From: a virus
Taxonomy: Duplodnaviria > Caudoviricetes
IMG/VR virus record: IMGVR_UViG_3300030330_000851
Coordinates: 1-59,105 of that record
Strand: one strand, 5' to 3'
Length of the DNA: 59,105 nt
Under the pieces are notes generated by a model. It was not told the origin of the DNA. It did not search any database and saw nothing but the letters and a program-made list of their open reading frames with translations. Every line of letters starts with the position of its first letter. Within the stretch, counting starts at the first letter, position 1. This document shows positions 19,855 through 30,390 of the stretch, piece after piece. Position numbers and translations under genes: made by a program.

Positions 19855-22800
19855 ATGCCTAACTTAAAAAGAAATTTTATTAGAGGTAGAATGAATAAGT
19901 CTCTTGACGAGAGGCTTGTGCCTAATGGAGAATATGTGGACGCAATGAATGTGCGACTTGGTTCTACCGAGAATAGTGAGATAGGTTCTGTAGAAAACAC
20001 TAAAGGTAATATACCCTTAACAGTGATTGAAGTAAACGGACAGCAGTTAAGTGAGTTTGCAAAATGTATCGGAGTATTTGAAGATGGAGCAAGAGAAACT
20101 ATTTATTGGTTTGTTCATGACCCTCAGTTTGCAGGAGCAACTTCAGGTAAGTGTGATTTAATACTTTCTTATAACACTACCTTATCTTTAGTTACATATC
20201 ATATTATTAGTATTAGTAATGATGCAAGCTTTACGGATACAAGATTAAACTTTAATTCAAAGTATTTAATTACAGGAGTGGACATGGTGGACGACTTGTT
20301 GTTCTTTACCGATGATTATAATCCACCACGAAGAATAAATATAAAACAAAGTTATCCTGTTCCAAGTCCTGCAGGTGCGGCAGGCATAGACCAATTTTTA
20401 GCAGATGACATATTGGTTATTAAAGCACCTCCAACAGACGCTCCTATAGTTACATTAAGTAATAATGGCAGCACTAATAATTATTTGAAATATAAATTCC
20501 TTTGTTTTGCTTATAGGTATAAGTATGAGAACGGGGAATACAGTGCAACATCTCCTTTCAGTCCTATTGCGTTTGTTTCTAATCCATTTGAAATAGACTC
20601 TTCAGATTATTTAAACGCAGGGATGACGAATAAATATAACCTTGCTAAAATTCAAATTTACACAGGAGACTCTTTGGTAAAAGGTTTTGACCTACTGTTT
20701 AAAGAAGCAGATTCCACTACTATTCGAGTTATTGAAAAAATAGACAAAGTAGAGCAAGGAGTGCCTGACCAATCGTTTTGGAGTTTAGATTTTGATAATA
20801 GTAAAATCTATACGATACTGCCGAGTTATGAAATACTTAGACTGTATGACAATGTTCCTCGCTTTGCTAAAGCACAAAGCGTAATGGGTAACCGTTTGAT
20901 GTATGGAAACTATATTGATGGATATGATTTACTTGACTCAAATAACAACGCAGTCAGATTAGATTATTATACATCTTTAATATCTAGTCAAATTGATTTT
21001 AATGAATTACCTGCAGGTCAAATTACTTTAGCAAATGGAGTTAATTATCAAATTGATGCTTCAGTTGCGCCACAAACAATTACTAATTGTGAAGCACGTA
21101 TAGACTTTACAGGAATGCCTCTTACAGAAGGCACAACTTTTAATCTTGTCATTACTTTTCTTCATAGTCAATTTACTTCAACGCCTCCTACTCCTATTAC
21201 CCCGTTAACTACTATTAGTTTTACCTATACATTGCCTCAAGATTTCAATTCGGTTTTTGATATGGCACAAAGCACTTCGTTTCAAAATGCTATAGGAACT
21301 ATTACCAATATACAAACTGTTCCTAACTCATGTACAGGAGCAACATTAACAGATTTTCAGAATTGTAATGTTCCTACAACTCTTGGGTCTTATACTAAAA
21401 CAGCAAGTGGTATAACTACGGCAGGTCAACCTATAGCAATAGATACATCGGCTGCAAGTAATGTAGTTGGATTGCAACTTGTTGCTGTTGCATATGTAGG
21501 GACGGCTGTATTTGCTTATGAATATTATAAAATAACCCAAGCAAGTTTAACTTACTCTTCTCTTTCTAATACTGAAAGTTTACATAGCGATAGAGATTAT
21601 GATATTGGCATAGTATATCTTGACAAATACTGTAGAGCTACTACAGCGTTAACAAGTATAAATAATACAGTGTTTGTTCCATGTGCTAAGTCGGTCAATA
21701 AAAATCAAATACAGGTAACTATACCTACAACACAACTGCCTCCTTCTTGGGCAGCCCATTATAAGTTTGTTTGTAAGTCAGATAGAGAAACATACTTTAA
21801 TATATTTAGTAATTTCTTTTACCCTGATGCAGTAGATGGTTATTATTGGTATTTATTAGAGGGTGACAATGCAGCTAAGGTGGAGAAGGGTGACAAGTTA
21901 AGAGTTAAGAAAGATTCAGAGGGAGCTGTTGGGGGATGTACTTATACTATGGTATTAGAAAAAGAATCAAAGCCAAGAGGATTTATTGACGATGGAGGCG
22001 GTGCAGGTACAGGTCCTTTCGTTCCTCCTCAATCAGGAGTGTATATTAAATTAAGACCTAAAGGATTTGCTGCTAACTATGATACGAATGCTTTAAAAGT
22101 ACCTTTTCCGGGAGGAGCAACTTGTGAGCTTACCGCAGGAGACTTTCCTACGTCAAATGGAACTTGTAATGAGTTAGATGCAACAAGTGGATTGTATGTA
22201 GACTATACAATCCCTAAAGGAAGTAGAATAGACATTGATGTAAAGTTTGAAAAAATAGGATACGATGTTTTAGGAGTAACTTGTGACAACTATGACTATG
22301 AGTTTGTTAAAAGTTTTATAGCTACAGTAGATTATACTAACTTTGAATTATTTTGGCAGCAACAAGTTTTACCTGTTCTTGATACAGGAACCCAACTAAG
22401 TAGTGGAGCAACTATTAATCAAATTCAATTATCCTCTGTAGCTGTAGCAACTAATCCTACTCAACCAACTTTTATAACAGATACAAATACTTATAGATTT
22501 TGGAGAAACACAAGTGCAGGTAGTAACCAATTGTTTTTACAGATTTCAAGTGGTACACAAGCCTGTGCAGGTTTAAATAATAATACTAGGAAATCTTGTG
22601 TTACAGCAAACATTACAGTGCAAAGAGCAGACCAACTTACAGTGTTTGAGACGATGCCTATCGAACCCGACCTTGATATATTTTATGAGGGTAGTCAAAC
22701 ATTTGATATAAAGGGTGGTAAGCATTTCTCAGGTAATGCACCGGGAGACCAAAACCAAACAGCAGTAGACCCTGCAATTGTAAACTTAAACTTTTCTAAT

Positions 22801-24471
22801 TGTATATCTTTTGGTAATGGTGTAGAGAGTTATCAGATTGAAGACTCGATATCCGGGCAATCATTTAACTTAGGTAACAGAACAACCGCAGTGTCTGCTC
22901 AAGATTATAAAGAGGCAGATAGGTTTGCTGACATTACATATAGTGGTGTATACAATGACGAGTCAAATGTTAATAAACTAAATGAATTTAATTTAGGACT
23001 AGCAAACTTCTTACCATTAGAAGATTCGTTTGGTTCTATAGAAATATTACACGCAAGAGCAACAGACCTACTTGTATTACAAGAAGATAGAATATCTTAT
23101 GTAACTGTAGGTAAGAATATCTTAACCGATGCTGTAGGAGGAGGAACAGTAACCTCAGTACCACAAGTATTGGGGCAGCAGGTAGCACGACAAGACCAAT
23201 ATGGTATTAGCAATAACCCTGAAAGTTTTGTAGTGTTTGGATATGATAAGTTCTTTACCGACTCAAAACGTGGTGCAGTATTAAGACTGCGTGGTAGCGC
23301 AGGTCAAAGTGAACAGCTTACCGTGCTATCAGAAGTAGGTATGCGAGGTTGGTTTAGAGATTTATTTATAGACTATGGTGACACACAAAAGCTAGGAGGG
23401 TTTGACCCATACATGAATGAATATGTGTTATCATCTAATACTATAAAACTACCTGTGATTGAGGAGTGTATTGAGTGTGGTATAACACAAAACATCACAG
23501 TTCCTGCAACAGGAGAGTATTCTTTCTGTGCAGAGTTCGGAACAGTAACAGGAACAGTAGATATACCATACGCATTTGCTGTGGGGGATAGCGGTACTAT
23601 TGCAGTTACTTATAACGGAGTAACGACCTCAACAGGTATTGTTAGTGGAAGTGGAACACTTTCTTTTAGTAAGAGTTTACCATCAGTTACCACTGCTTCA
23701 TTTGTTATTACACCTACAGGCTCAGATGCTACGTTGAGGTTTACTGTAGAGTGTCCTCAAACAACTATATTGACAGTTATACAAGTGTGTGTTACATCTG
23801 ATATAGATAATTCACAAATGATTCACAATGAGTTTGGCTATGTAGATGGAACATACATCTCTCCTACCAACTCTACGGCAGTAACATTTGTTGCCGGGAC
23901 AACTAATCCACTTATATCACAGTACGATACATTTAGTGGAGTGCAAGGGGATAGTGTATGTCCTACTAACGGAAGTACAGTTAGATTAACTTCACAAAGA
24001 TTAGGGTTTGATAACTTTACTTTTGACACAGCTAACGATAAGTTTAGATACTTACGAACCAATACAGTATATAGCAATAACCCTGTAGATGTTGCTGCAT
24101 TAATTGCTGCGTCTACTCAAGCATTACCTCTTGTAACTACAGGAGCGCCTAATAATTACTATGCAGAGTTTACAATGCCTGCAGGCACTGATGAAAGATT
24201 GTATGTTATATACGACTATCGTAACAGTGTGGAGCATGGCTTATGTTATGATGCCGCTTCAATAACGGATGTATGTTGTGTATGTACTTTCAATTGGTAT
24301 CTAATGAGAAACAGTGCAGATGCTACTGAAGAGTATGTAGCAATATCTCCTACCACTTTGGTTATAGGAGCATACTACACTTTAATTAACCATGGCTCAA
24401 AATGTTTTGAAGTAATAAGCACTTCAACCACTGTGCCTACTGAAACTATAAATACAACCTGTACACCTTAA
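19855..24471 (+). CDS. Tail stabilisation/muzzle-like protein with Cys-rich C-terminal extension
   Basis: GRMNKSLDERLVP.GEY.DA.N, FAYRYKY.NGEYS, NRLMYGNY, YGISNNPESF, GGFDPY. Confidence 0.7.
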   Translation: MPNLKRNFIRGRMNKSLDERLVPNGEYVDAMNVRLGSTENSEIGSVENTKGNIPLTVIEVNGQQLSEFAKCIGVFEDGARETIYWFVHDPQFAGATSGKCDLILSYNTTLSLVTYHIISISNDASFTDTRLNFNSKYLITGVDMVDDLLFFTDDYNPPRRINIKQSYPVPSPAGAAGIDQFLADDILVIKAPPTDAPIVTLSNNGSTNNYLKYKFLCFAYRYKYENGEYSATSPFSPIAFVSNPFEIDSSDYLNAGMTNKYNLAKIQIYTGDSLVKGFDLLFKEADSTTIRVIEKIDKVEQGVPDQSFWSLDFDNSKIYTILPSYEILRLYDNVPRFAKAQSVMGNRLMYGNYIDGYDLLDSNNNAVRLDYYTSLISSQIDFNELPAGQITLANGVNYQIDASVAPQTITNCEARIDFTGMPLTEGTTFNLVITFLHSQFTSTPPTPITPLTTISFTYTLPQDFNSVFDMAQSTSFQNAIGTITNIQTVPNSCTGATLTDFQNCNVPTTLGSYTKTASGITTAGQPIAIDTSAASNVVGLQLVAVAYVGTAVFAYEYYKITQASLTYSSLSNTESLHSDRDYDIGIVYLDKYCRATTALTSINNTVFVPCAKSVNKNQIQVTIPTTQLPPSWAAHYKFVCKSDRETYFNIFSNFFYPDAVDGYYWYLLEGDNAAKVEKGDKLRVKKDSEGAVGGCTYTMVLEKESKPRGFIDDGGGAGTGPFVPPQSGVYIKLRPKGFAANYDTNALKVPFPGGATCELTAGDFPTSNGTCNELDATSGLYVDYTIPKGSRIDIDVKFEKIGYDVLGVTCDNYDYEFVKSFIATVDYTNFELFWQQQVLPVLDTGTQLSSGATINQIQLSSVAVATNPTQPTFITDTNTYRFWRNTSAGSNQLFLQISSGTQACAGLNNNTRKSCVTANITVQRADQLTVFETMPIEPDLDIFYEGSQTFDIKGGKHFSGNAPGDQNQTAVDPAIVNLNFSNCISFGNGVESYQIEDSISGQSFNLGNRTTAVSAQDYKEADRFADITYSGVYNDESNVNKLNEFNLGLANFLPLEDSFGSIEILHARATDLLVLQEDRISYVTVGKNILTDAVGGGTVTSVPQVLGQQVARQDQYGISNNPESFVVFGYDKFFTDSKRGAVLRLRGSAGQSEQLTVLSEVGMRGWFRDLFIDYGDTQKLGGFDPYMNEYVLSSNTIKLPVIEECIECGITQNITVPATGEYSFCAEFGTVTGTVDIPYAFAVGDSGTIAVTYNGVTTSTGIVSGSGTLSFSKSLPSVTTASFVITPTGSDATLRFTVECPQTTILTVIQVCVTSDIDNSQMIHNEFGYVDGTYISPTNSTAVTFVAGTTNPLISQYDTFSGVQGDSVCPTNGSTVRLTSQRLGFDNFTFDTANDKFRYLRTNTVYSNNPVDVAALIAASTQALPLVTTGAPNNYYAEFTMPAGTDERLYVIYDYRNSVEHGLCYDAASITDVCCVCTFNWYLMRNSADATEEYVAISPTTLVIGAYYTLINHGSKCFEVISTSTTVPTETINTTCTP

Positions 24472-24480
24472 TAAAATAAA

Positions 24481-25425
24481 ATGGCAGCATTCGGAACATA
24501 CTACATAGACTCACCAACATTCACTACTGCAACAAGGGTGTTTACTGATGCGGCACTAACTATATGTGCGGCTGATGGACTCTATTCAGATGGTGTTCAT
24601 TATCGCCAACAGACGGGTTGTCTGCTTGGACCTGTGGAGATTTGTCCTGCGTGTACTACAGTGTGTGGTACTCCAATATCAGGCTCAGCTACTGACTCAG
24701 GAGTATACACAGTTTCTTTTACGGTGGGTACAGGAACAGGTGCAATACTTATAACCCTTACTCCCGGTGGAACTTTTATTCCTGTAGGTGTAAAAGCTAC
24801 CTTTGATTCAGTGATTTACAATAAATTTAGTACGACTAACTTTGGTTATAAAGGAAGTACAGCAGCAAGTCTTCCTACATTTTTAGGAGATACGGCTGCT
24901 GATTGTGGTATCGTTGCAGGTAGTCCATATAACTTAGAAACTTATCCTTATGCAGGTGGAGCTTTTTCAGCAAGTGGATTGTATGTAACACGAGGAGTTG
25001 TAGCAGGTCAGATGCAAACGACAGTAGGTAATCCCGGTGCTTCGGTTCTTGTTGTACCTAAGCCATTAACAGGACCTATTAGTATACAGCTAGAAGTGGT
25101 TGCTCCTTGTGCAGGAAGTACATTTACTTTAGCTGCAGCGTGTCCTGCAAACTTAACAGGATTTCAAAGTACACTAACTCCTGTAGCAAGCTCAGGCTTG
25201 GCTTGTCCTTTAACTCCTACTATAACTTATTACAATGCTCCTGTAACAGGAACGGCAGGTAATCCTGCATTACACGATTGGGTGTTTTCTGATGTGAACG
25301 GACAGTTTCCTGTAGCTACTTCATATGGTGCAGGATTTTATAAGTGGGATGATGGTACACCAACAGGAAGATTTTTTGAGTTAGATGCAAACAGTGTAAT
25401 AATAAGTGAAGGAGCGTGTCCTTAA
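24481..25425 (+). CDS. Cys/Thr/Gly-rich structural (fibre/spike-like) protein
   Basis: Beta-rich; CPACTTVCG; many Cys residues. Confidence 0.55.
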   Translation: MAAFGTYYIDSPTFTTATRVFTDAALTICAADGLYSDGVHYRQQTGCLLGPVEICPACTTVCGTPISGSATDSGVYTVSFTVGTGTGAILITLTPGGTFIPVGVKATFDSVIYNKFSTTNFGYKGSTAASLPTFLGDTAADCGIVAGSPYNLETYPYAGGAFSASGLYVTRGVVAGQMQTTVGNPGASVLVVPKPLTGPISIQLEVVAPCAGSTFTLAAACPANLTGFQSTLTPVASSGLACPLTPTITYYNAPVTGTAGNPALHDWVFSDVNGQFPVATSYGAGFYKWDDGTPTGRFFELDANSVIISEGACP

Positions 25426-25436
25426 AATATAAAACT

Positions 25437-25592
25437 ATGGCAAAGAAAGGAAGAACAAAAAAAAATAATAAGATATGTCCTGCAGGAATAGCATGGGCAA
25501 AAAGAACTTTTGATAGATACCCATCAGCGTATGCGAATATGGCTGCGAGTAAATATTGTAAAGACCCTAATTACGCAAAAAAAGATAAATAA
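25437..25592 (+). CDS. Small basic protein, 51 aa, not in the ORF track (MAKKGRTKKNNKICPAGIAWAKRTFDRYPSAYAN..)
   Basis: Hand translation; YPSAYAN motif; same N-terminus as 3038..3238. Confidence 0.75.
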   Translation: MAKKGRTKKNNKICPAGIAWAKRTFDRYPSAYANMAASKYCKDPNYAKKDK

Positions 25593-25593
25593 A

Positions 25594-25725
25594 ATGGATA
25601 AGAAAAAACTACAAAAAATTTCAAGTGAATTGAAAAAAGCGTCTGCTATGCACAAAGGTCAAGCAGCAAGAATTGATAAGATGCTAAAGAGCATGAAGCC
25701 AACTAAAAAGACGAAGCGTGGGTGA
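25594..25725 (+). CDS. Small basic protein (MDKKKLQKISSELKKAS.MH.GQA)
   Basis: ATG just after the previous stop. Confidence 0.7.
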   Translation: MDKKKLQKISSELKKASAMHKGQAARIDKMLKSMKPTKKTKRG

Positions 25726-25951
25726 GCTAAAGAAATGGAGAGAGGAGAAGTGGGTTCGTATAGGAACTGATGGTTCAATACTTGGAGCGTGTGGCACGAG
25801 TAAGAATAAAAAAAATCCTGACAGATGCTTACCTTTGAATAAAGCAAAGAGTATGACTAAAGCTGAAAGGAGAAAAACTGCTCGTAAGAAAAAGAGAGAA
25901 GGTAAAAGAAAACAGTTTGTACCTAATACTAAAGCAGGAAAAGTAACATAA
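25718..25951 (+). CDS. Small basic protein (LKKWREEKWV..CG..CLP)
   Basis: ORF track; overlaps the previous stop. Confidence 0.75.
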   Translation: MGELKKWREEKWVRIGTDGSILGACGTSKNKKNPDRCLPLNKAKSMTKAERRKTARKKKREGKRKQFVPNTKAGKVT

Positions 25952-25952
25952 C

Positions 25953-26243
25953 ATGGCAACTAAAAGCAAAATGAAATGCAACAGAGTAGTTGCATCCGAT
26001 AGAGCAGGAAAGAAGAAGATGGTTAAAGCCTGTGAAGGTGGCAAAGAAAAACTTATTCACTTTGGTGCTAAGGGTTATGGACACAACTATTCATCTGCCG
26101 CAAGAAAAAGTTTTAAGGCACGACACAAATGTAGTACAGCCAAGTCAAAGCTAACGGCAAGATATTGGGCGTGTAAACATTTATGGGCAGGTAAGGGTGG
26201 CTCAACGAAGAGTTCTCCTTCTACAAGACGAGGTAAATATTAA
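25953..26243 (+). CDS. Small basic protein (IHFGAKGY..RKSFKARH.C..ARYWAC.LW)
   Basis: Recognisable motif of a widespread uncharacterised viral family. Confidence 0.75.
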   Translation: MATKSKMKCNRVVASDRAGKKKMVKACEGGKEKLIHFGAKGYGHNYSSAARKSFKARHKCSTAKSKLTARYWACKHLWAGKGGSTKSSPSTRRGKY

Positions 26244-26248
26244 TAACA

Positions 26249-27169
26249 ATGGCAGAGTATACATTAACATATAGCGAGAGTGTTCAAGGATTTCCATCTT
26301 TTTATGGATTTATTCCTGACATGATGATAGGAATGAATAATTATTTTTATTCTTTTAAAGGAGGAGATTTATACAGACACAATAGTAATAATATTAGAAA
26401 TGAATACTACCGCCAATATTGGAATAAAGTGTACCCTCTTGACCCTCAAGATGCGATAGCTGCTTCTACTATATCCTCTATGATTAAAAGTGTATTTAAT
26501 GATGCGCCATTAGAAAATAAAATATTTAAAACTATTAACCTTGAGTCTACTGATGCATGGAAAACTGAGTTATCTACTGACCTTCAAGTAAATGGTTTAA
26601 TTAAAGCTGACTATACAAATTATAACTTTAAACCTAATGATGTATTTTGGTTTGAGAAAAAAGAAAGTGATTGGTTTGCATTTGTTAGAGCTGAAAACAA
26701 TCCTGATAATCCTGTGCCTACAGACCAATATGCCTTACGTAATTTAAATGGATTAGGAAGCAGTACCAACGTGCAGGCAGGTGTCCCCGGAGTAAATCAA
26801 ACAACTATTTCATTTGCCCTTACTACAAACATAGGAAGTATTATAAGCATAGGAGATTTTTTTTATTTTGCTGTAGCTTCAGGATTTCCTCCTAATGTTA
26901 TATACACCCCTAGTTTTGCAGGAGTTATTACAGAGATAAATGTTAATCTTGGTGCAGGTATAAATGATATTGTGATAGATACATTGAACCCTGCATCTAC
27001 TCCTATACCGGGGATTGTAAGTTACTTTCTTTATATTAAGAATGCAGTGTCTGAGTCTCATGGAATGCTTGGTCATTATTGTGAATTTACTCTTACTTTG
27101 GATTCTTCTGTTACATCAAGTAGTGAGTTGTTTGCAGTGGAGTCTGAAGTAATGAAAAGTTATCCTTAA
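26249..27169 (+). CDS. Tail structural protein resembling the C-terminal part of stabilisation proteins
   Basis: TLTYSESVQGFPSFY, KIFKTINLE, KKESDWF, GMLGHY, ELFAVESE. Confidence 0.6.
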   Translation: MAEYTLTYSESVQGFPSFYGFIPDMMIGMNNYFYSFKGGDLYRHNSNNIRNEYYRQYWNKVYPLDPQDAIAASTISSMIKSVFNDAPLENKIFKTINLESTDAWKTELSTDLQVNGLIKADYTNYNFKPNDVFWFEKKESDWFAFVRAENNPDNPVPTDQYALRNLNGLGSSTNVQAGVPGVNQTTISFALTTNIGSIISIGDFFYFAVASGFPPNVIYTPSFAGVITEINVNLGAGINDIVIDTLNPASTPIPGIVSYFLYIKNAVSESHGMLGHYCEFTLTLDSSVTSSSELFAVESEVMKSYP

Positions 27170-27192
27170 AATTTCTTATCTTTGTACTTAAC

Positions 27193-27711
27193 ATGGATGT
27201 AGTTAAGACAATAGAAAAGGATTTACCCGAACAAATATTATCTTGCGTACATCAACATAGAGGATTGTTGTGGGAAAAGATTGAGTCATTTAGACAGCAA
27301 TTATCTGCGGTGAATGGTTCGGTCTCACATCATACTGAAGAGATGGAAGAAGCATTTCCTACTACACACCACATTGAAAATGGTTTGTATACTCGGGAAG
27401 TGTTAATGCCAAAGGGTTCGTTAGTGGTTAGCTTTATACACAAACAAAACCATCCATCATTTTTTCTTTCAGGCGAGATGTCAATCCTCACGGATGGTGG
27501 AGAGATAAAAAGAATTAAAGCACCAATGAAAGTAATGACAGAAACAGGCACACAAAGAGTAGCGTATATGCACGAAGATTGTGTGTGGGTTTGTGTTTAT
27601 AAAACAGATAAAGAAACTGTTGAGGAAGCAGAGAAAGATGTGTATACATTAGACTATAAAGAGCTACCTCAGCATATAATATTAAACCAAAAACTATTAT
27701 GTCAGGATTAG
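27193..27711 (+). CDS. Cupin-fold protein
   Basis: HH..GLYTRE..PKG..IHK.NH.FFLSG..GTQR..HEDCVW; TATCTTTG at 27177-27184. Confidence 0.7.
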   Translation: MDVVKTIEKDLPEQILSCVHQHRGLLWEKIESFRQQLSAVNGSVSHHTEEMEEAFPTTHHIENGLYTREVLMPKGSLVVSFIHKQNHPSFFLSGEMSILTDGGEIKRIKAPMKVMTETGTQRVAYMHEDCVWVCVYKTDKETVEEAEKDVYTLDYKELPQHIILNQKLLCQD

Positions 27712-28670
27712 CAACAGGAATAGCAAGCGCAGCGATTAGCTTAGGCGGTAGCGTAGGTTCGTTTATACAAGCAGGAAAGCGTAACAAAGATATGAAAGAA
27801 GCGGAAGCTGCAGCGGAGGCTGCAATGTCTGAAGCTAGAAGAAGGACTGAGGTCAACTACATGAAACAACTTGGCATCCAAAAGGAAGCTTACAGGCAGG
27901 CGTATGAGGCAGGTTCAGTGGCTAATAAAGCAATGATAGATGCTGCACAACAGCAAGGGCAACGAGGAGTTGCTGCGGTAGCAGGACAAGTTAGTCAAGC
28001 AGCCTTATCTGATGCACAAAAAGTAAGAGCTACCCAAGAGGGAGAGATGGTTGCACGTCAACAAGCTATTGCTCAAGAGGATAGCAGGCTAAGAGATATT
28101 AATGTTCAATTAGATTTAGAAGAAGTAGCAGGAGCGCAGCAAGCTGCGGAGGATGCACGGATTGCTAAGAACATGGCTATCCAAGAGGGGATAAGTGGTT
28201 TAACTGACGCAGCCATGACAGGTGTAGAGTCTATAGCTTTATTCCCAAGAAAAAAAGGAGGTAAAAAGACAGGACAATATTCTGATAGAATGGTAGAGGT
28301 GCCGGGCTTAACAGGCTCAGACAAAGTAACCTTTAATCCTACAGGTACGGATAGACCTACTATTGGAACTCAAGCAGACACCATGAATGTAGACCCTAAC
28401 ATGGGGTCTTCTCCTATGGAAACTATGGAGACAATTACATTAAAGTCAGGTACTAAACCAAAAACACAAACTCCTGCGAATGTTCAAGTAAAACTAACTG
28501 ACGAACAAATTTTTGAAGGACTTGAAAGGTATAAAACTCCGGCAGAAATAAAACAACTGCAACAAGGATTGGTGGACAGAGGTTTCTCTGTTGGTAGTTC
28601 CGGAATAGATGGGATACTTGGAAAGGACACGAGGTCAGCATATCTTAAATACCGTAGAAGGAACGACTAA
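27699..28670 (+). CDS. Putative ejection/internal virion protein with C-terminal peptidoglycan-binding domain
   Basis: Gly/Ala-rich N-terminus, Ala/Gln coiled coil; IKQLQQGLVDRGF..GIDGILGKDTRSA matches the PG_binding_1 pattern. Confidence 0.7.
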   Translation: MSGLATGIASAAISLGGSVGSFIQAGKRNKDMKEAEAAAEAAMSEARRRTEVNYMKQLGIQKEAYRQAYEAGSVANKAMIDAAQQQGQRGVAAVAGQVSQAALSDAQKVRATQEGEMVARQQAIAQEDSRLRDINVQLDLEEVAGAQQAAEDARIAKNMAIQEGISGLTDAAMTGVESIALFPRKKGGKKTGQYSDRMVEVPGLTGSDKVTFNPTGTDRPTIGTQADTMNVDPNMGSSPMETMETITLKSGTKPKTQTPANVQVKLTDEQIFEGLERYKTPAEIKQLQQGLVDRGFSVGSSGIDGILGKDTRSAYLKYRRRND

Positions 28671-28686
28671 TATTTAAAAAATAATT

Positions 28687-30381
28687 ATGGCAAAGACATT
28701 TTATAAATATGTAGCTCAAGACCAAGAAGCAAGGGTAGATTGGAATCAAGTCGCACGAGACTTTACTGATTCATTAAAAGAAGAATCAGAGGATAGACAA
28801 CGTAGAAAAGATGAGCTAAAAAAAGCACATGACGAAACACTAAAGTATTTACAACAGCCACCTCAAGGAGATAACCAAACATTAAATGCTAGCATACAAG
28901 GGTTTGCTAACTCAGCTATGAAGCAATCCACTTTGATGTACGATATGTTAACAAGTGGGCAGCTAAAACCAAGAGACTATAAGATAGCTATGCAGAATCT
29001 TGCTGACGATAGTCAAGGTTTATATGATGTATGGACACAGTATAGTGAGGACTACGACAAGATGCTTGAAAGACAGAACATAAAAGAGGGGGAGCAGTAT
29101 GCTGAAGGCGCAGAGATTGAACAGTATATGTGGCAGAATATGGAGTTCTTTAGTAACTTTAAAAACTATAAGCCAACCATAGACCCTACATCAGGGCGAG
29201 TGTACTATGCTAAGGTAGATAAAGATGGTAACGTCAGCACGAACCCTAACGATAGGGCGAGCATTATTGATTTGCGTTCACGACTTAGAACAAAGTATGA
29301 CAACGTAGATGTTGACACTTTAACCACTAATATTACAAATCAAATTGGAAAGTGGGCTTTTGACAATAAATTACCTAATAGAGATGGCGTACAAACCTTA
29401 GAGGATATGCGAGGAGCAAAGGGAAGTGAGAGAAGAAAATTATATGAAGACTATAAAAGTAATAGCGTCAACTCTTTAATGGTTAGCAGCCTTTCCAACG
29501 CCACTATTCTTACTAATCACATAGGAACAGTTGATATTGATGGGAAACCTGTGTCTTATGATTTTACATGGGACCCTAACGAAGCAAAGAACAACCCCAA
29601 TCTTATCTTGTTAAAGAAGAATCCTGATGGGTCAGGACAGCCCGACCCTCAACTTACTGATGCACAAAAGAAAGCAGTAAAGGACTATTTAAGCACCCGG
29701 ATTGATATAAAGATAGATGAAATTATAAAGATGAGAGAGCATTATGACCCTAAATATTCTCCCGACTATGGGGCAATGAAAAAGTATGAAAGAGAGATGT
29801 CTCCTGATTTATTTACTTTTAATCAGTTAATAAAGCTAGGTCAAGGAACTTTTGAAGAACAGCAAGCGGCTATCGAACATTTAAAAACAAAGTCAGGCAT
29901 GGCAGAGTTAGAGTTTGTTACAGAAACCGCGCCGAATGGTTTATTGCGTATATCAAAAATAAATTTTAGGGACGCTTCAGGTGCAACTCAAACACGAGAC
30001 GTATCTGATTTTAGTACAGCAAATTTTGTAGACGGAAACGCTTCATCTTTTTTAAGTGATAAGGCGGACATAGATTACTTAAAAAGAAAATCAAGGCTTT
30101 ATAACCAATTAAAAAACAGAAACATTAGTGGTGATACTATTTCTTCTGTGGCTCCAAGTAAAGTTTCTATATCGAGTAAAGGTGGTACAGTTAAAAGCAC
30201 CACATATTCTCCAAGAAAGATTCAGGGAATGAGTAAAGAAGATTTAGATAAAGCAATAGTAAAACTTCAATCAGAGATAAAGGTAGCTAATAGAGAGCAA
30301 ATAGCAGAAAAACAACGCTCACTAGAAGCCTTAATAAAACGAAGAAATGAAATGCCGGGTAACAAGTCAGCTAAATTTTAA
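28687..30381 (+). CDS. Putative ejection/internal virion protein
   Basis: Helical; lies between the small and giant internal-protein genes. Confidence 0.55.
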   Translation: MAKTFYKYVAQDQEARVDWNQVARDFTDSLKEESEDRQRRKDELKKAHDETLKYLQQPPQGDNQTLNASIQGFANSAMKQSTLMYDMLTSGQLKPRDYKIAMQNLADDSQGLYDVWTQYSEDYDKMLERQNIKEGEQYAEGAEIEQYMWQNMEFFSNFKNYKPTIDPTSGRVYYAKVDKDGNVSTNPNDRASIIDLRSRLRTKYDNVDVDTLTTNITNQIGKWAFDNKLPNRDGVQTLEDMRGAKGSERRKLYEDYKSNSVNSLMVSSLSNATILTNHIGTVDIDGKPVSYDFTWDPNEAKNNPNLILLKKNPDGSGQPDPQLTDAQKKAVKDYLSTRIDIKIDEIIKMREHYDPKYSPDYGAMKKYEREMSPDLFTFNQLIKLGQGTFEEQQAAIEHLKTKSGMAELEFVTETAPNGLLRISKINFRDASGATQTRDVSDFSTANFVDGNASSFLSDKADIDYLKRKSRLYNQLKNRNISGDTISSVAPSKVSISSKGGTVKSTTYSPRKIQGMSKEDLDKAIVKLQSEIKVANREQIAEKQRSLEALIKRRNEMPGNKSAKF

Positions 30382-30390
30382 AAAAAACAA

